Notes under the pieces: generated by a model
Seen by the model: only the letters and a program-made list of their open reading frames with translations
Told to the model about the DNA's origin: nothing
Database searches by the model: none
Shown here: positions 48,202-59,062 of the stretch, in pieces
How the letters are laid out: each line of letters starts with the position of its first letter
Position numbering within the stretch: position 1 is the stretch's first letter
Position numbers and translations under genes: made by a program
Origin: an uncultured Gammaproteobacteria bacterium
GTDB taxonomy: Bacteria; Patescibacteriota; Microgenomatia; UBA10105; UBA927
Length of the DNA stretch: 64,000 nt
Direction: 5' to 3'
NCBI GenBank assembly: GCA_964573695.1
Contig: CAZNKB010000002.1
Coordinates: 109,898-173,897 of the forward strand

Positions 48202-49287
48202 TTAAGTGAGATGGTCGTTTTCTGTTCCCTGCATGGACTCCACAAGTTTTTTCACTTTGGGAACCGACTTTTTCCGGCACACGAGCAGTACGTCATCGGT
48301 ATTGACCACCAATACGTCCTCCATGTCTATCGTGACCACCAATTGCTTGTTATTATAGTTATATACCAGACTATCTGACGTATCGGTAAGCATCACTTTT
48401 CCCTGGGCGACGTTTTTTTCCTTCGATTCTTCCAACGCTTCTTTGAGAGCTTCCCATGCTCCTATGTCGCTCCAATCGATATTGTCAGACACCACGAGCG
48501 CATCCTTGGCATCTAGTTTTTCCAGTATCGCGTTATCGAAACTGATTTTTTCCAGCGTCGGATATATCTCGTCCAACACATCATGAAACGAAGGAGTCTT
48601 CCAGGCCTCGGCAATTTTGGATATGCTTTTGGCAAGGTTTGGGGCAAATGCTTCGTATTGCTTCCACAAAAACGCAGGAGTCGCCACAAAGTACCCCAAA
48701 TTCCACGCATGGTGACCGCTGGTAAAATATTTTTTGGCGGTATCGGCGTCCGGCCGATACTGGAAATCCTTAAACGCGTGAAACGAAATTCCCTCCACGT
48801 TTTTTAGTTCCTCGCCATAGGAAATCCAACCTAAATTTTCACTCGCGAATCGGGGTTTTTGGGAAACGAATACGATTTTGTCGGGATCTTTTTTGACGAT
48901 GTCTCCTGCTACCCGAAGAATTTTCCGAAACAATTCCTGTTTACGCACCAAATGATCGCTCCACAAAATCACCATTGGTTCATCCGGTGTTTCTTTCGCA
49001 AGAAGCGCCGTCATAAGGCCTACGGCAGGGCCGACGTCACGTACCTGAGGCTCGCCGATCACATGCCGGGGAGGCAGGTGTTCCAATTGGCCCTCCACGA
49101 GAGGCAGATATTGCTTACCGGTCGAAATGTAGATATCGTTCCAGGAAAAATCCGGCAACAACCGTTCTGCGGCCAGCTGGAGCGTCGATTTGTCTCCGAT
49201 AATTTTTTCAAACTGCTTGGGCGACTTTTTTCGGGACAGTGGCCATAATCGGGTCCCGACTCCCCCTGCGAAAATTATTGCTTTCAT
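48202..49287 (-). CDS. manC: Mannose-1-phosphate guanylyltransferase
   Basis: AGGVGTRLWPLSR..PKQF, SDH, ISFD, WSDIGAW. Confidence 0.88.
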   Translation of the reverse strand: MKAIIFAGGVGTRLWPLSRKKSPKQFEKIIGDKSTLQLAAERLLPDFSWNDIYISTGKQYLPLVEGQLEHLPPRHVIGEPQVRDVGPAVGLMTALLAKETPDEPMVILWSDHLVRKQELFRKILRVAGDIVKKDPDKIVFVSQKPRFASENLGWISYGEELKNVEGISFHAFKDFQYRPDADTAKKYFTSGHHAWNLGYFVATPAFLWKQYEAFAPNLAKSISKIAEAWKTPSFHDVLDEIYPTLEKISFDNAILEKLDAKDALVVSDNIDWSDIGAWEALKEALEESKEKNVAQGKVMLTDTSDSLVYNYNNKQLVVTIDMEDVLVVNTDDVLLVCRKKSVPKVKKLVESMQGTENDHLT

Positions 49288-50411
49288 AATGAATGTTGTT
49301 TCTTATACAGCGAATTTACTAACGCATGTATACGATTTCGAAACTGCCGCTCTCCCAAATGTCTCACTTGGTTACGACACGAACGGGCGGAAAACTCACG
49401 TGTCCCAAATACGGTTACCGCTTCGATCAATGACTCCGGTGTCTGCTCATCGAATAACACACCGGATACGTTTTCCTTCACAATTTCGGCAACCCCACTT
49501 TGACGGTATGCGATCACCGGAATCCCGACTGCCTGCGCTTCAGCAGGAGCCAGTCCGAAGTCTTCATCCGCCGCATACACAAATGCACGACATCCCTCAT
49601 AATATCGAACCAGCTCAGAATCTGTCAAATAACGATCTATAAACCGTATGGTCGGACCGGCTAACGAACGCAACTCCCGTTTCTGACGACCGTCTCCGAT
49701 GATGACAAGCGGAAGACGCAGGTGATTAAAGGCCTTGATGACAATATCGAGCCGTTTATAACTGACGAGCCGCGATACCGTCAGGAAATATTGACCTTTT
49801 TTTTGAGGTCCCGTTTTGAGGGATGTTTGAAAAACCTCCGGGCTGACGGGCGGATAAATCACGTCATGTACTTCCCGATGATAATAGGTTTCTATACGGC
49901 TTTTGACCCGGCTGGAGATCGCAATATAGTAGTCTGGCCGGCTCGCCGCGACGATGTCCCACTGTCGCAGCGTGGGAGCAAGCATCTCCAGCCCCATGGC
50001 AGCCATACTACTGAACATGCCAAATCCAGGCTGACTCATGTACTGCTCAAATCCGCTCCATAAGTACCTGGTCGGGGTAAGACAGTAACAAATATGAAGC
50101 GTACCTGGTTTTGTGATGACGTTTTTGGCTTCAGCACTGGTTACCGACACTACCACGTCGTATTCGTCAAACGTAAATGACTCGAACGCGATCGGCGTCA
50201 GGCCCAATAGCGATTCATGCGCGTGTGTGGCAAACGGAATACGCTGCAAAAACGAAGGTTTCACCGCAAATACATCGGCCCATGAGGCCCGTTTCTTATC
50301 ATAAACCGCAGTAAAAAGCGGAGCCGACGGCCAGATTTTATGCAATGCGAGCAGTACGCGCTCAGCACCTCCCCACTTGTTTACCCGGTCATATACGAGC
50401 GCAACGTTCAT
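49284..50411 (-). CDS. Glycosyltransferase family 4 (WbaZ-like)
   Basis: GGAERVL, TPTRYLW, YKR, EDFGL...EA. Confidence 0.92.
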   Translation of the reverse strand: MNVALVYDRVNKWGGAERVLLALHKIWPSAPLFTAVYDKKRASWADVFAVKPSFLQRIPFATHAHESLLGLTPIAFESFTFDEYDVVVSVTSAEAKNVITKPGTLHICYCLTPTRYLWSGFEQYMSQPGFGMFSSMAAMGLEMLAPTLRQWDIVAASRPDYYIAISSRVKSRIETYYHREVHDVIYPPVSPEVFQTSLKTGPQKKGQYFLTVSRLVSYKRLDIVIKAFNHLRLPLVIIGDGRQKRELRSLAGPTIRFIDRYLTDSELVRYYEGCRAFVYAADEDFGLAPAEAQAVGIPVIAYRQSGVAEIVKENVSGVLFDEQTPESLIEAVTVFGTREFSARSCRNQVRHLGERQFRNRIHALVNSLYKKQHSL

Positions 50412-51510
50412 AAAGTGATAATGTTTCCTGTGCCATACGCATCCATGAATAAGCATCGAAACCTATCCGGGCACGGCTCTTTACTTGACTCTTGTTCGTT
50501 CTCGTATCTCCAACACTTGCTAGAGCCGATGCGATACTGTCCGGATTTTTCGGATCAACGTATTGTACACGATCACCCAAAATTTCATGAAATACCCCAA
50601 TATCGGAAACGATAACCGGGCACCCCAACGAAAGCGCTTCCAGTGCGGGCAACCCAAAGCCCTCCATGAGCGAGGGAAAAACAAACGCGACCGCATGAGT
50701 ATAAAGACTCGTAAGCTCCCTGTCGTTTGCCGAACCGAAAAAGACGACGGATGATTCGAGATGCAACTCGTGTACGCGCGCCTTTAGGGCCCGGTAAAAA
50801 AAATCTTCCCCTCCGACGAGTACGAGTTTGGGCGTCGGTTTATGTTCCCGGCGTTTGACATACAGCACATACGCGCGTAGCAACGTTTCAACATTTTTGT
50901 GCGGGTAGGCATTCCCCACGTAAAGAAAATACGGTTCCGGCTCAATACGTTTGACAGGACGTTCTTGCGTGTCCGAAATACGTGAATCGACTCCTTCGTA
51001 CGTCACGATAATTTTTTCTGACGGGACATGAAAGTGATCCATAATCTCCTGCTTCGTAGACTGGGAAACGGCGATGACGCCAGCCGCTCGCCTTAGCCCC
51101 ACCCAAAGCTCTATCCAATATCCCAGCCTCTTGAGAACATAAAGCGGCAATGGCAATGTGGTTGCTTTGCCGGTCGCAAAATGCAGGATCGTCAGATCGT
51201 GAATCGTGAGTATCATCCTCCCCCCGTAAAAAATCGGCGGGTTATGATAGGGAATATGCACAAGATCGAGGTGATGTGAACGGAATAACCTTGGCATGAC
51301 AAACTGCTCCGACACCGTATGCCAATGCACCATGGCCTTAACTTTGCTCCAACGCGAATTCGGAAGCGAAAATCCCGCGAAACCCTTTGGCGGCAAAAAG
51401 ACGACATAATTGTTTGTCGCATCAAGGACGCTGAGTTCATTAATAAGATTACGGATATACCGTCCCACCCCGGTTTCGTCGATAAGTCTTGCGTCAATTC
51501 CTATGTTCAT
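50389..51510 (-). CDS. Glycosyltransferase family 4
   Basis: MNIGIDAR..GVGRY, TIHDL, HKN, EGFGLPALEA. Confidence 0.93.
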   Translation of the reverse strand: MNIGIDARLIDETGVGRYIRNLINELSVLDATNNYVVFLPPKGFAGFSLPNSRWSKVKAMVHWHTVSEQFVMPRLFRSHHLDLVHIPYHNPPIFYGGRMILTIHDLTILHFATGKATTLPLPLYVLKRLGYWIELWVGLRRAAGVIAVSQSTKQEIMDHFHVPSEKIIVTYEGVDSRISDTQERPVKRIEPEPYFLYVGNAYPHKNVETLLRAYVLYVKRREHKPTPKLVLVGGEDFFYRALKARVHELHLESSVVFFGSANDRELTSLYTHAVAFVFPSLMEGFGLPALEALSLGCPVIVSDIGVFHEILGDRVQYVDPKNPDSIASALASVGDTRTNKSQVKSRARIGFDAYSWMRMAQETLSLYERCARI

Positions 51511-51514
51511 ACGG

Positions 51515-52399
51515 TTATATTCCAAATTTTTCAAGCATAAAAATCCGCGTTTTGTAGACTGTGTCAACCAAAAATGTGAGGATCGGACCGTACTTTTTGG
51601 CGTAGTTTTTCGTGTAAAAGAGCCAATTGTATCTGTGAAAATAGATTTCTGTGGTAACGCGACGTTTATGCAATATGTTTGCGCGTCCGCTTTGCTTTTT
51701 TTTGTGAAGTATGGTGACGGTTGGGTTAAACCATATACTCCAACCACGATTGCGTATCCTGTACGCCCAGTCGATATCCTCACCGTACATAAAATATTCC
51801 TCATCCAGTAAACCAACCTCACGTATTACTTCACGCCGGACGAGAAAAAACGCTCCGACGATACAGTCTACCTCGTGTATACGGGACACATCTTTGTACC
51901 CCTGATGATATTCTCCGAAAAGTCGAGTCCGGGGAAACAATTTTTCCAACTTCAGCAAGTACGTAAAAGATACCCACGGTGTTGGAAATCCTCGGTGACA
52001 AGCCGGATCCATAGTGCCGTCCGGAAGCAACAGTTTGCAGGTCGCTGCCCCCGCTTTAGGATGCTCGTCCATAAACGCGATCATCGTACGTATCGTATCG
52101 GGAGGCGTTTCCGTATCGGTATTGAGAAGCAATATGTATCTGCCTTTTGCGCGTTTGATTCCGGGATTATTTCCGGCGGCAAACCCGAAATTTTTGCCGT
52201 TCTGTATAAAGATAACACCCGGAAATTCCTTCTTTATCATGTCCGCGCTGTTGTCTGTCGACCCATTATCGGCAACGATCACTTCCATGGTATACGGGCC
52301 CAGTTCGGACTGAAGCAGGGTTACAAGACACACGCGTGTAAGATCTCTGGTGTTGTAATTTAATATAACGACGGACAGATCGGGATTATTTTTTGGCAT
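51515..52399 (-). CDS. Glycosyltransferase family 2 (WbbL-like rhamnosyltransferase)
   Basis: DNGSTD, GFAAGNN, LNTD, FMYGEDID. Confidence 0.92.
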   Translation of the reverse strand: MPKNNPDLSVVILNYNTRDLTRVCLVTLLQSELGPYTMEVIVADNGSTDNSADMIKKEFPGVIFIQNGKNFGFAAGNNPGIKRAKGRYILLLNTDTETPPDTIRTMIAFMDEHPKAGAATCKLLLPDGTMDPACHRGFPTPWVSFTYLLKLEKLFPRTRLFGEYHQGYKDVSRIHEVDCIVGAFFLVRREVIREVGLLDEEYFMYGEDIDWAYRIRNRGWSIWFNPTVTILHKKKQSGRANILHKRRVTTEIYFHRYNWLFYTKNYAKKYGPILTFLVDTVYKTRIFMLEKFGI

Positions 52400-53570
52400 A
52401 TGCTTCTTTCCAGACACCCTCTAGCGCCTTGGCAATATGGTCCCAACTATACTGCTGTATCACGCGTGCACGCGCTTTCGCAGTCACCTCAAGCGTGAGT
52501 TTCGTATTATCCCACACAGCGCCAACCTGCGCGATAAATTCTTCCGGAGTCTCTGCCTCAAAATAATGAATGCCGGCAGTTACTTCCAGTCCGCTCATCC
52601 CCTGAGGGGTCGTCACAACTGGGACACCGCTTGCCATGGCCTCCAGCATTTTGAACTTCGTCCCTCCCGAAATCGCATGAGGGGCTACCAGCACGTCAGA
52701 CTCTGCATATACCTCGGCAATATTTTCCACGTGTTCCCGCGCCTCACCCCCTGACACCCGCACCCGGGCAGAAAGACGTTTGGGTATATCGCGGCCGACG
52801 ACAAGAAGTTTCGATTGCGGAAACCGCGCCCTGATACCCGGCCAGATATTACTGACCAGCACTTCTGCCGCTTGCCGGTTGGGGAGCCAGCGGAAATTGC
52901 CCGTAAACAACACGACGGGACTCACGTTTTTCTGTACCTTCCGGTACGGAAAGGAAGTACCGTCTACACCGTTTGGAACCACCGTGACGGGATGACTCAG
53001 ATACTCCTCCATGACCGCAGCGTCTTCTTTCGACACAGCCGTGAGTTTGTCTGCAGCTCTCCATGCTGTGTGTTCCCATTTTTTCAGTTTGTCTACATCG
53101 CGGGCAAGCAGCTGATGTACCAAATATCCGGAATACAGATCCGCATACGCACCGTATACGTCGTACTCTATATTATGCTCGGATATGACGAGCGGCGTGT
53201 TAATTGTCGGGAGTGCCGGCAGCACATAAAACGGCTCGATATGGACAACGTCAAACGGGCCGCCTTTTAGAAGATCGCTTATGAGCTGCCTCATTTCCGT
53301 ATTGTCGTATGTAGCCAATAGCCACGGATACTTCCCCGTCAGTGCAGCCCATATGTATGTAGGCAGCCATGCCCTGCCGCGCATAACCACTTCCACGTTC
53401 CGGCAAAACGAAAGATTTTTTTTGTACTCACGCTCGCTTGTGTCACGGATAAAAGAAACGAGCGTAATTTCATGACGCACGCTTAGTGCTTTGAGCAAGT
53501 TATACATCCGGATTTGTCCGCCCGAGTACAGCGGCCACGGCATTACTGCGGAAACGAATAATATTTTCAT
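52386..53570 (-). CDS. Glycosyltransferase family 4
   Basis: WPLYSGGQIR, HNIE, PN, GTKFKMLEAMA. Confidence 0.9.
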   Translation of the reverse strand: MKILFVSAVMPWPLYSGGQIRMYNLLKALSVRHEITLVSFIRDTSEREYKKNLSFCRNVEVVMRGRAWLPTYIWAALTGKYPWLLATYDNTEMRQLISDLLKGGPFDVVHIEPFYVLPALPTINTPLVISEHNIEYDVYGAYADLYSGYLVHQLLARDVDKLKKWEHTAWRAADKLTAVSKEDAAVMEEYLSHPVTVVPNGVDGTSFPYRKVQKNVSPVVLFTGNFRWLPNRQAAEVLVSNIWPGIRARFPQSKLLVVGRDIPKRLSARVRVSGGEAREHVENIAEVYAESDVLVAPHAISGGTKFKMLEAMASGVPVVTTPQGMSGLEVTAGIHYFEAETPEEFIAQVGAVWDNTKLTLEVTAKARARVIQQYSWDHIAKALEGVWKEAYAKK

Positions 53571-55009
53571 GGAGCTTTGTGTGTGGTAAGGTCTATAATG
53601 GCGAATTTTTCGTTTCGCACAAGAACCGTATAAGTTTTGGCGAGCGTCATGGTTTCCCAGTCGTCATCCGTAGGCGACACCGTGACATAATGCGTGGCTC
53701 CCATTTTGAGCTTTTGGTCTATATCAAATCCGAGCGGCCACCCCTGGCGTTTGGTTTGATAAAGAAATGTCGTATCGCCGTTGTAGGGGGCGATCACTTT
53801 CGCATCTTTCGGCAGCAGGTTGTCTGCCATAATTCCTGCCTCTATAATTTCCGGCCGGTTAATCCAGTAATACGTCCGCATGGTGTACCACGAAAACGCA
53901 AGCGTGAATAGACAGCTGACGATAAGCACGCCGTAGCGGGCAACAGAGGAAAACGTTTTTTCGGCGATAAGAAATGCTATTCCGCGCGCGACATATATGC
54001 TTATAACCGGCAACAGCAGTATCTGGTAATAATCATGCTGCACGTTGCCCGCTGCAAAAACCGTAACATACAACAGTCCGCCTGAAGCCATAATGGGAAA
54101 CAGCCAGCCCTCCTTTTTGCCCGGGCGCACCAGGAATCCCAAAGCAAGCGGCACGATGCCCCAGTATCCCAATATGAGTTCTGCCAACCGTTTGGCGAAA
54201 ATCCACTGGAACCATGCGCCTTTGAACCGGATGTTCCCCTTGTTGAGCAGCCAGTCAAACACGGGAATCCCCTCGGGATACTGCAGTATCCATACCCGCC
54301 AGCCATAAAACGGCAGCAGGCAGATAAGCGCATATAAAGCAAGACGGATCAATGAGGCAACGGACAGTTTATGCCGCATCAGGATAACATACGGCACCGG
54401 CAGCAGCAGAAAACCAGCCGTGGGCTTTACGAGTATTGCTATGGCTCCCGCGACAGCCGAAGCTACTATACCCCACATACTGCTTTTTGTACTACTCATC
54501 GCCGTAAAACTCAGGTAGATACTCAGCATCGCCCAAAACACTGCAAATGTCTCGGGTAGTATCGAGCGGCCATAAAACACGCTGTACGGAAGTATGGCAT
54601 AAACCAGGCCGGCCATAACGGCTGTAAGCGGTGTCCCAATCTCAAAAAGGAGCAGCATGATAAGTACGGCAGTTCCTGCAGCCGCAAAAATAGTGACAAG
54701 GCGGAGCCATATGTCGACGGAAATAGCGGGAAATTGCCGTGCTGCGGCGGCTGCTACCCCCTGATACAGCGGAAATTCCACCATGCGCCAGCCATTGGGA
54801 TTGTCCTTGCCCGACTGGATATTGGACAGATCCTGGTACCGTGGATGCAGTAAATCTATATTACTTGCCGCATACATCTGCGCGACGGACGCCGTATCTG
54901 TCTGACGGAAACTGTGCCAGTCGGCAACAGGCGCGGTCACACGGTAGAGCCTGAGAGCAATCGTCAGAAGACCCACAAGAACAATAAATATCCAGTACCG
55001 TTTTTTCAT
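53567..55009 (-). CDS. GT-C (ArnT/PMT-like) membrane glycosyltransferase
   Basis: DWHSFRQTDT, EFPLY, LVKP, HDYYQ; multiple TM helices. Confidence 0.8.
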   Translation of the reverse strand: MKKRYWIFIVLVGLLTIALRLYRVTAPVADWHSFRQTDTASVAQMYAASNIDLLHPRYQDLSNIQSGKDNPNGWRMVEFPLYQGVAAAAARQFPAISVDIWLRLVTIFAAAGTAVLIMLLLFEIGTPLTAVMAGLVYAILPYSVFYGRSILPETFAVFWAMLSIYLSFTAMSSTKSSMWGIVASAVAGAIAILVKPTAGFLLLPVPYVILMRHKLSVASLIRLALYALICLLPFYGWRVWILQYPEGIPVFDWLLNKGNIRFKGAWFQWIFAKRLAELILGYWGIVPLALGFLVRPGKKEGWLFPIMASGGLLYVTVFAAGNVQHDYYQILLLPVISIYVARGIAFLIAEKTFSSVARYGVLIVSCLFTLAFSWYTMRTYYWINRPEIIEAGIMADNLLPKDAKVIAPYNGDTTFLYQTKRQGWPLGFDIDQKLKMGATHYVTVSPTDDDWETMTLAKTYTVLVRNEKFAIIDLTTHKAP

Positions 55010-58000
55010 GGCAATGTAGACGGCTCCTTTTTCACTTCCTTCAGGTTCCCTTGTTCGTCAAACACGAAAATCTTCTGTGTATTGGAATCCGGTGTTACCA
55101 TATTGAGCGGCTCATCGACACTGCTCCACGAATACAGCCTGGCGTCGGGATTGCGGAAAATAAACCATAACGCATCCGACAATCCGACCGGGAATACCCA
55201 CACGTCGCGGTACCGGATCGGCACCGAAACGAAATGGAACTGCATCGGCATTGATGCCCATTCGTCCTGATAATGACTTTCCATGGAAACGAAAAACCTC
55301 TGCACTTTCTCTCCTGCTTCAAACCAGTCGCGGTGCAGCTGCTGAATGCTGGTAATCTGCACCATAAAAAATAGCGATATGAAAAGGGCCACAACCCCCA
55401 GAGCAGCGTCTTTCCCGCTTTGTATGGTCAGGGTGTATATTTTTTCCAGGCCGAATACCAACAGGTATACAAGACCCGCTGAAGCGAGGTACCCGTACCG
55501 GGGAGAAATATTTCCGAGCCCCAAAAACGGTAACAGAGCGATCAGGAAAAATCCTGATGAAAACAGCAAGATCGTACGGTCACGCGGGGTCATGAACTGC
55601 CTGATTTTGGGTGCAATCCACACAAAAACTGCAGCAATAACGATACCGATAGCCGCAGTCAGAAGTACGTGCGTACGCATGTTTGCCCGCACGATCTGAT
55701 ACAACGGAGCGCCGAACGAACCGGTTAACCCTAGTAATACGTAGCCGAACGCATTGCCTATGCTGTTTAACGGAAACTTCAGGAAATTGTAACTATAATC
55801 CCCGTTTAACCAATGGCTGCCGGATATAAAACGGAACACCGCATACACAGGTACGGGCAGCGCCAATAGCCAGTGTTCTATACGCATCATGAACGTGCCG
55901 CGCGAAAAACGCGTCCCCGCAATTGTCCACTCATACAAAAGATACAGAAGCGGGGTAACGACACCCAATTCATGAAACGTCATGGCAATCATAGAAGATA
56001 CGGCTGCAAACCAGACAAACCGCACTTTTTTCTTCTCGCTCCAGGTAATATAGAAAAGCAAGCTTGTCAGCATGAATGCGGATGCAAACAAGAATCCGCT
56101 GGCCGACACCCAAAATATCGCCTCCGAAAATCCGGAGAGTCCCGCAAACAGAAATGCGCTTATGGCAGCATGCAGTTTGCGCCGGAATACTTTTATCCCG
56201 ACCAAATACACGAGTACACTGACAATATAATGAAGTGTCAGTGATACGGCGTGATATGCAGCCTGGTTGAGCCATGCAAACTGATACATCACTAAGAAAT
56301 ACAGCTTGGCTCCCGGCCGGTAAAAGAAGCCCTGAGCGTCTGTAAAGTATCCTGCGATCTGCGAAAGAGTCGGCATACAGCGCTCCGAAATGGCCGCAGC
56401 GACATTGCCGCAGTCAGCTGCCCAACGAAACCAGGTGAAGTCGTCTCCGACGAAATAATTGCGTGTCATCTGCGAAAAAAGCAGCACGACGACGACAAGA
56501 AGATATATCGCGACGGCATAGGAAGACATCGCCATCCGTTTCACTTCGGAAAAGAACGTAAGCGGAATCCTAACGTACATCGATACCGTTCCCATAACGA
56601 TGCCGGTTAACAGCCATAAGACAAACGCTACTTTTGACGCTTCGAATACGTCGATAAATACCGCGTTAACGGCAAGCCCTGCTACCCCTGCCGCATACCC
56701 AAGTACGAAACTGCGGACTACGGGAGAATGAATTTTGCCCCATGCGCGCACGATGTACACGCCGACGATCAAAAATATCGCGATAAAGGAAATGAATCCG
56801 AGTGTCCCTACTTCTGCCAGCATCCGAAGATAACTGTTATCGACGGCCAGACTCACGGATCCGTAGCCGCTGCCTAGCAGGACATTTCTTTTAAAAGCCA
56901 AGAGCGCATTCGGCCATTCACCCTGGAACCGCGTAGTGAACGACAGATCGTAGGCAAACGCTTTTTTCATGAGATACTGCCCGTTTATGACATACACATC
57001 GGCAGACGAGGTCGCCTGTTTGAGGGGAGGCTCGTAGTAAAAATTTCCTAACCGCTTCACGACCGGAGAAAGTGTCAGGTTGATATACCCGGTACCGCTG
57101 GGCAAATCCTCACCCGTAGGGGCCGCAGGTTCGGTGAGTAACACCGCAGACGTCGGCAATTGTGCAAACGGCACGACAAACGATGCGGTCGGGCTTGCTT
57201 TGGTCGCGAGATCCCCGATAGTCAGGTAAAACCTTTGCCACACGCGCTTGTCGGCAAAATACGTATTGGGTACTTCTTTGACATGACCGATCGGATACCC
57301 GGTTTTTGCATCGACGATGATATCGATCGGTTTGATCGTACTGCCAAATCTGGCCATAAGCTGAGGCGAAAGAATCAGAAACGCGATACCCCCGACAATC
57401 GAGAGCGGCAGAAGCACCATAACTGTTTTCCTGCTTTGGAAAAACAGCACTGCAGCAAACGACAACAGCAGCGCAAAAAACGAAATTCTCGACACCGTAA
57501 AGAACAACACGACGACACCAAGAAGAACGACTACACCGAGTGCAATCCTGAGAAACCAGTTCCGGTATCCGAATATAAGGCTTGCGATAATCGGCAGGAC
57601 CAACACGTAATAGGCAGCCAGATCATAGTGTCCGGCAAACGTGGAGGATATGCGGGACAGTGCCGAAAGCGTGAGCGGCACGCCTTTGGCAAACTCTTCG
57701 TTCATCGTAAGATACGCCGGCAACCCCAGATATTTCTGACCCAGTCCATAAAGACTGATAAGCAGTGTCGTCCCTACAACCGTTACGATCACCGGGGTCA
57801 CTCCCGTACGCTCTTTCATCGCGGCAAACGCGATGAAAAATACACTCATGTACTCGACTCTGCGCAAAAAACTGAGCAACGCGACGTTTGCAAATACTCC
57901 TGATATCGAAGGGAAAATAAGCAGCATACCGTGGATAGTCGCAACTGCTCCGACAAGCCAAAACAGAAGAAACGGCAGGGTAAGCGGCGTTTTGAACGAT

Positions 58001-58194
58001 ACTTTGTTCCGGATAAAAAGGATAACCCAGGCAAGCAAGACAAACAGCACAAGAAAATCCTCAACCCGGATATATACCCAGGTATTTTTGATATCCAGAA
58101 GAGGGAGCTTGGGGTACAACGGGATAAACGCGAGCAATACAAGCGTCACAAAACGCAACCCGTGATCATTACACCATTTTATAAGCTTCTGCAT
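55006..58194 (-). CDS. O-antigen ligase/O-OTase-like domain fused to a second GT-C (TMTC/PMT-like) domain
   Basis: RISSTF, TVSR, LLGSGYG, DNSYLRMLAEVG; then GDDF, FYRP, YH, EAIFWVS. Confidence 0.8.
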   Translation of the reverse strand: MQKLIKWCNDHGLRFVTLVLLAFIPLYPKLPLLDIKNTWVYIRVEDFLVLFVLLAWVILFIRNKVSFKTPLTLPFLLFWLVGAVATIHGMLLIFPSISGVFANVALLSFLRRVEYMSVFFIAFAAMKERTGVTPVIVTVVGTTLLISLYGLGQKYLGLPAYLTMNEEFAKGVPLTLSALSRISSTFAGHYDLAAYYVLVLPIIASLIFGYRNWFLRIALGVVVLLGVVVLFFTVSRISFFALLLSFAAVLFFQSRKTVMVLLPLSIVGGIAFLILSPQLMARFGSTIKPIDIIVDAKTGYPIGHVKEVPNTYFADKRVWQRFYLTIGDLATKASPTASFVVPFAQLPTSAVLLTEPAAPTGEDLPSGTGYINLTLSPVVKRLGNFYYEPPLKQATSSADVYVINGQYLMKKAFAYDLSFTTRFQGEWPNALLAFKRNVLLGSGYGSVSLAVDNSYLRMLAEVGTLGFISFIAIFLIVGVYIVRAWGKIHSPVVRSFVLGYAAGVAGLAVNAVFIDVFEASKVAFVLWLLTGIVMGTVSMYVRIPLTFFSEVKRMAMSSYAVAIYLLVVVVLLFSQMTRNYFVGDDFTWFRWAADCGNVAAAISERCMPTLSQIAGYFTDAQGFFYRPGAKLYFLVMYQFAWLNQAAYHAVSLTLHYIVSVLVYLVGIKVFRRKLHAAISAFLFAGLSGFSEAIFWVSASGFLFASAFMLTSLLFYITWSEKKKVRFVWFAAVSSMIAMTFHELGVVTPLLYLLYEWTIAGTRFSRGTFMMRIEHWLLALPVPVYAVFRFISGSHWLNGDYSYNFLKFPLNSIGNAFGYVLLGLTGSFGAPLYQIVRANMRTHVLLTAAIGIVIAAVFVWIAPKIRQFMTPRDRTILLFSSGFFLIALLPFLGLGNISPRYGYLASAGLVYLLVFGLEKIYTLTIQSGKDAALGVVALFISLFFMVQITSIQQLHRDWFEAGEKVQRFFVSMESHYQDEWASMPMQFHFVSVPIRYRDVWVFPVGLSDALWFIFRNPDARLYSWSSVDEPLNMVTPDSNTQKIFVFDEQGNLKEVKKEPSTLP

Positions 58195-59041
58195 ATGTTT
58201 CCTTGAGCGTTTCTTTGCCCAATAGCGCTCCGATCGTCCAGGCTATCACTGCCTTAGTACGAAGCATAAAGCGCACCGTTGCCAGGCTCAACCTCGACCC
58301 GTGCTTCGTGTATAAGTATATAAATCCCCGATAGATATTGAGAACCGGACCCTTGCGCTTGTTTGTTGAACTGGCTGCACCTAAGTGTACGATATGGCTT
58401 CGCGGATAGAAATAGGTGGGATACCCCTTGTTCCTGGCCCGCATCAGGAGATCTATTTCCTCCATATACATGAATATCTTTTCATCAAACAGCAAATCCT
58501 GCAAAAAAAGCTTTTTGGGTGCCAGTATGCACGCGCCCGATACCCAATCGACTTTCCTCGCTTTATTGGGTGACCAGCGGGTAAGACCCAGGACGTCGCC
58601 TTTGAGAAACAGCGCGGCAAATACGACCGGCAGCGAAAAAAACGGCCCGCATGAGCTCTGAGCACTCCGATCTGGATTGAGGAGTTTGGGTCCGATAAAT
58701 GCGTTGGGATGCTGACGGCCGAACGATACGAGCTTGCCGATTGCGTTGTTTAGGGTGACCGTATCGGAATTAAGGAGAAGGATGTATTCACCGCTTGCCG
58801 CTCTGATTCCCTGGTTATTACCTTTGCCAAACCCGACATTTTCGTCATTGAATATGCGTTTCACATCCGGAAACCTTTTTTTGAGCATCTCGCGTGTGCC
58901 GTCGGTCGAGACATTGTCAACCAAGATAATCTCGTAGCTAAGTTTCGACTCTTTGAGACTTCGGCTGGCGGAGGAGATACAGTCTTCGGTGAGCTTCCTG
59001 GTATTGAAACTGACGATAATAATGGACAAATCTATGGCCAT
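58169..59041 (-). CDS. Glycosyltransferase family 2
   Basis: DNVSTD, GFGKGNN, LNSD, FMYMEEID. Confidence 0.92.
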   Translation of the reverse strand: MAIDLSIIIVSFNTRKLTEDCISSASRSLKESKLSYEIILVDNVSTDGTREMLKKRFPDVKRIFNDENVGFGKGNNQGIRAASGEYILLLNSDTVTLNNAIGKLVSFGRQHPNAFIGPKLLNPDRSAQSSCGPFFSLPVVFAALFLKGDVLGLTRWSPNKARKVDWVSGACILAPKKLFLQDLLFDEKIFMYMEEIDLLMRARNKGYPTYFYPRSHIVHLGAASSTNKRKGPVLNIYRGFIYLYTKHGSRLSLATVRFMLRTKAVIAWTIGALLGKETLKETYAEAYKMV

Positions 59042-59062
59042 ATTGGCATTGTGGGGTAGCAA

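Noticed and set aside
51511-51822. N-terminal extension of the 477-aa GT4 ORF
   Set aside because: It overlaps the upstream GT2; family homology begins at MNIGID (51510)
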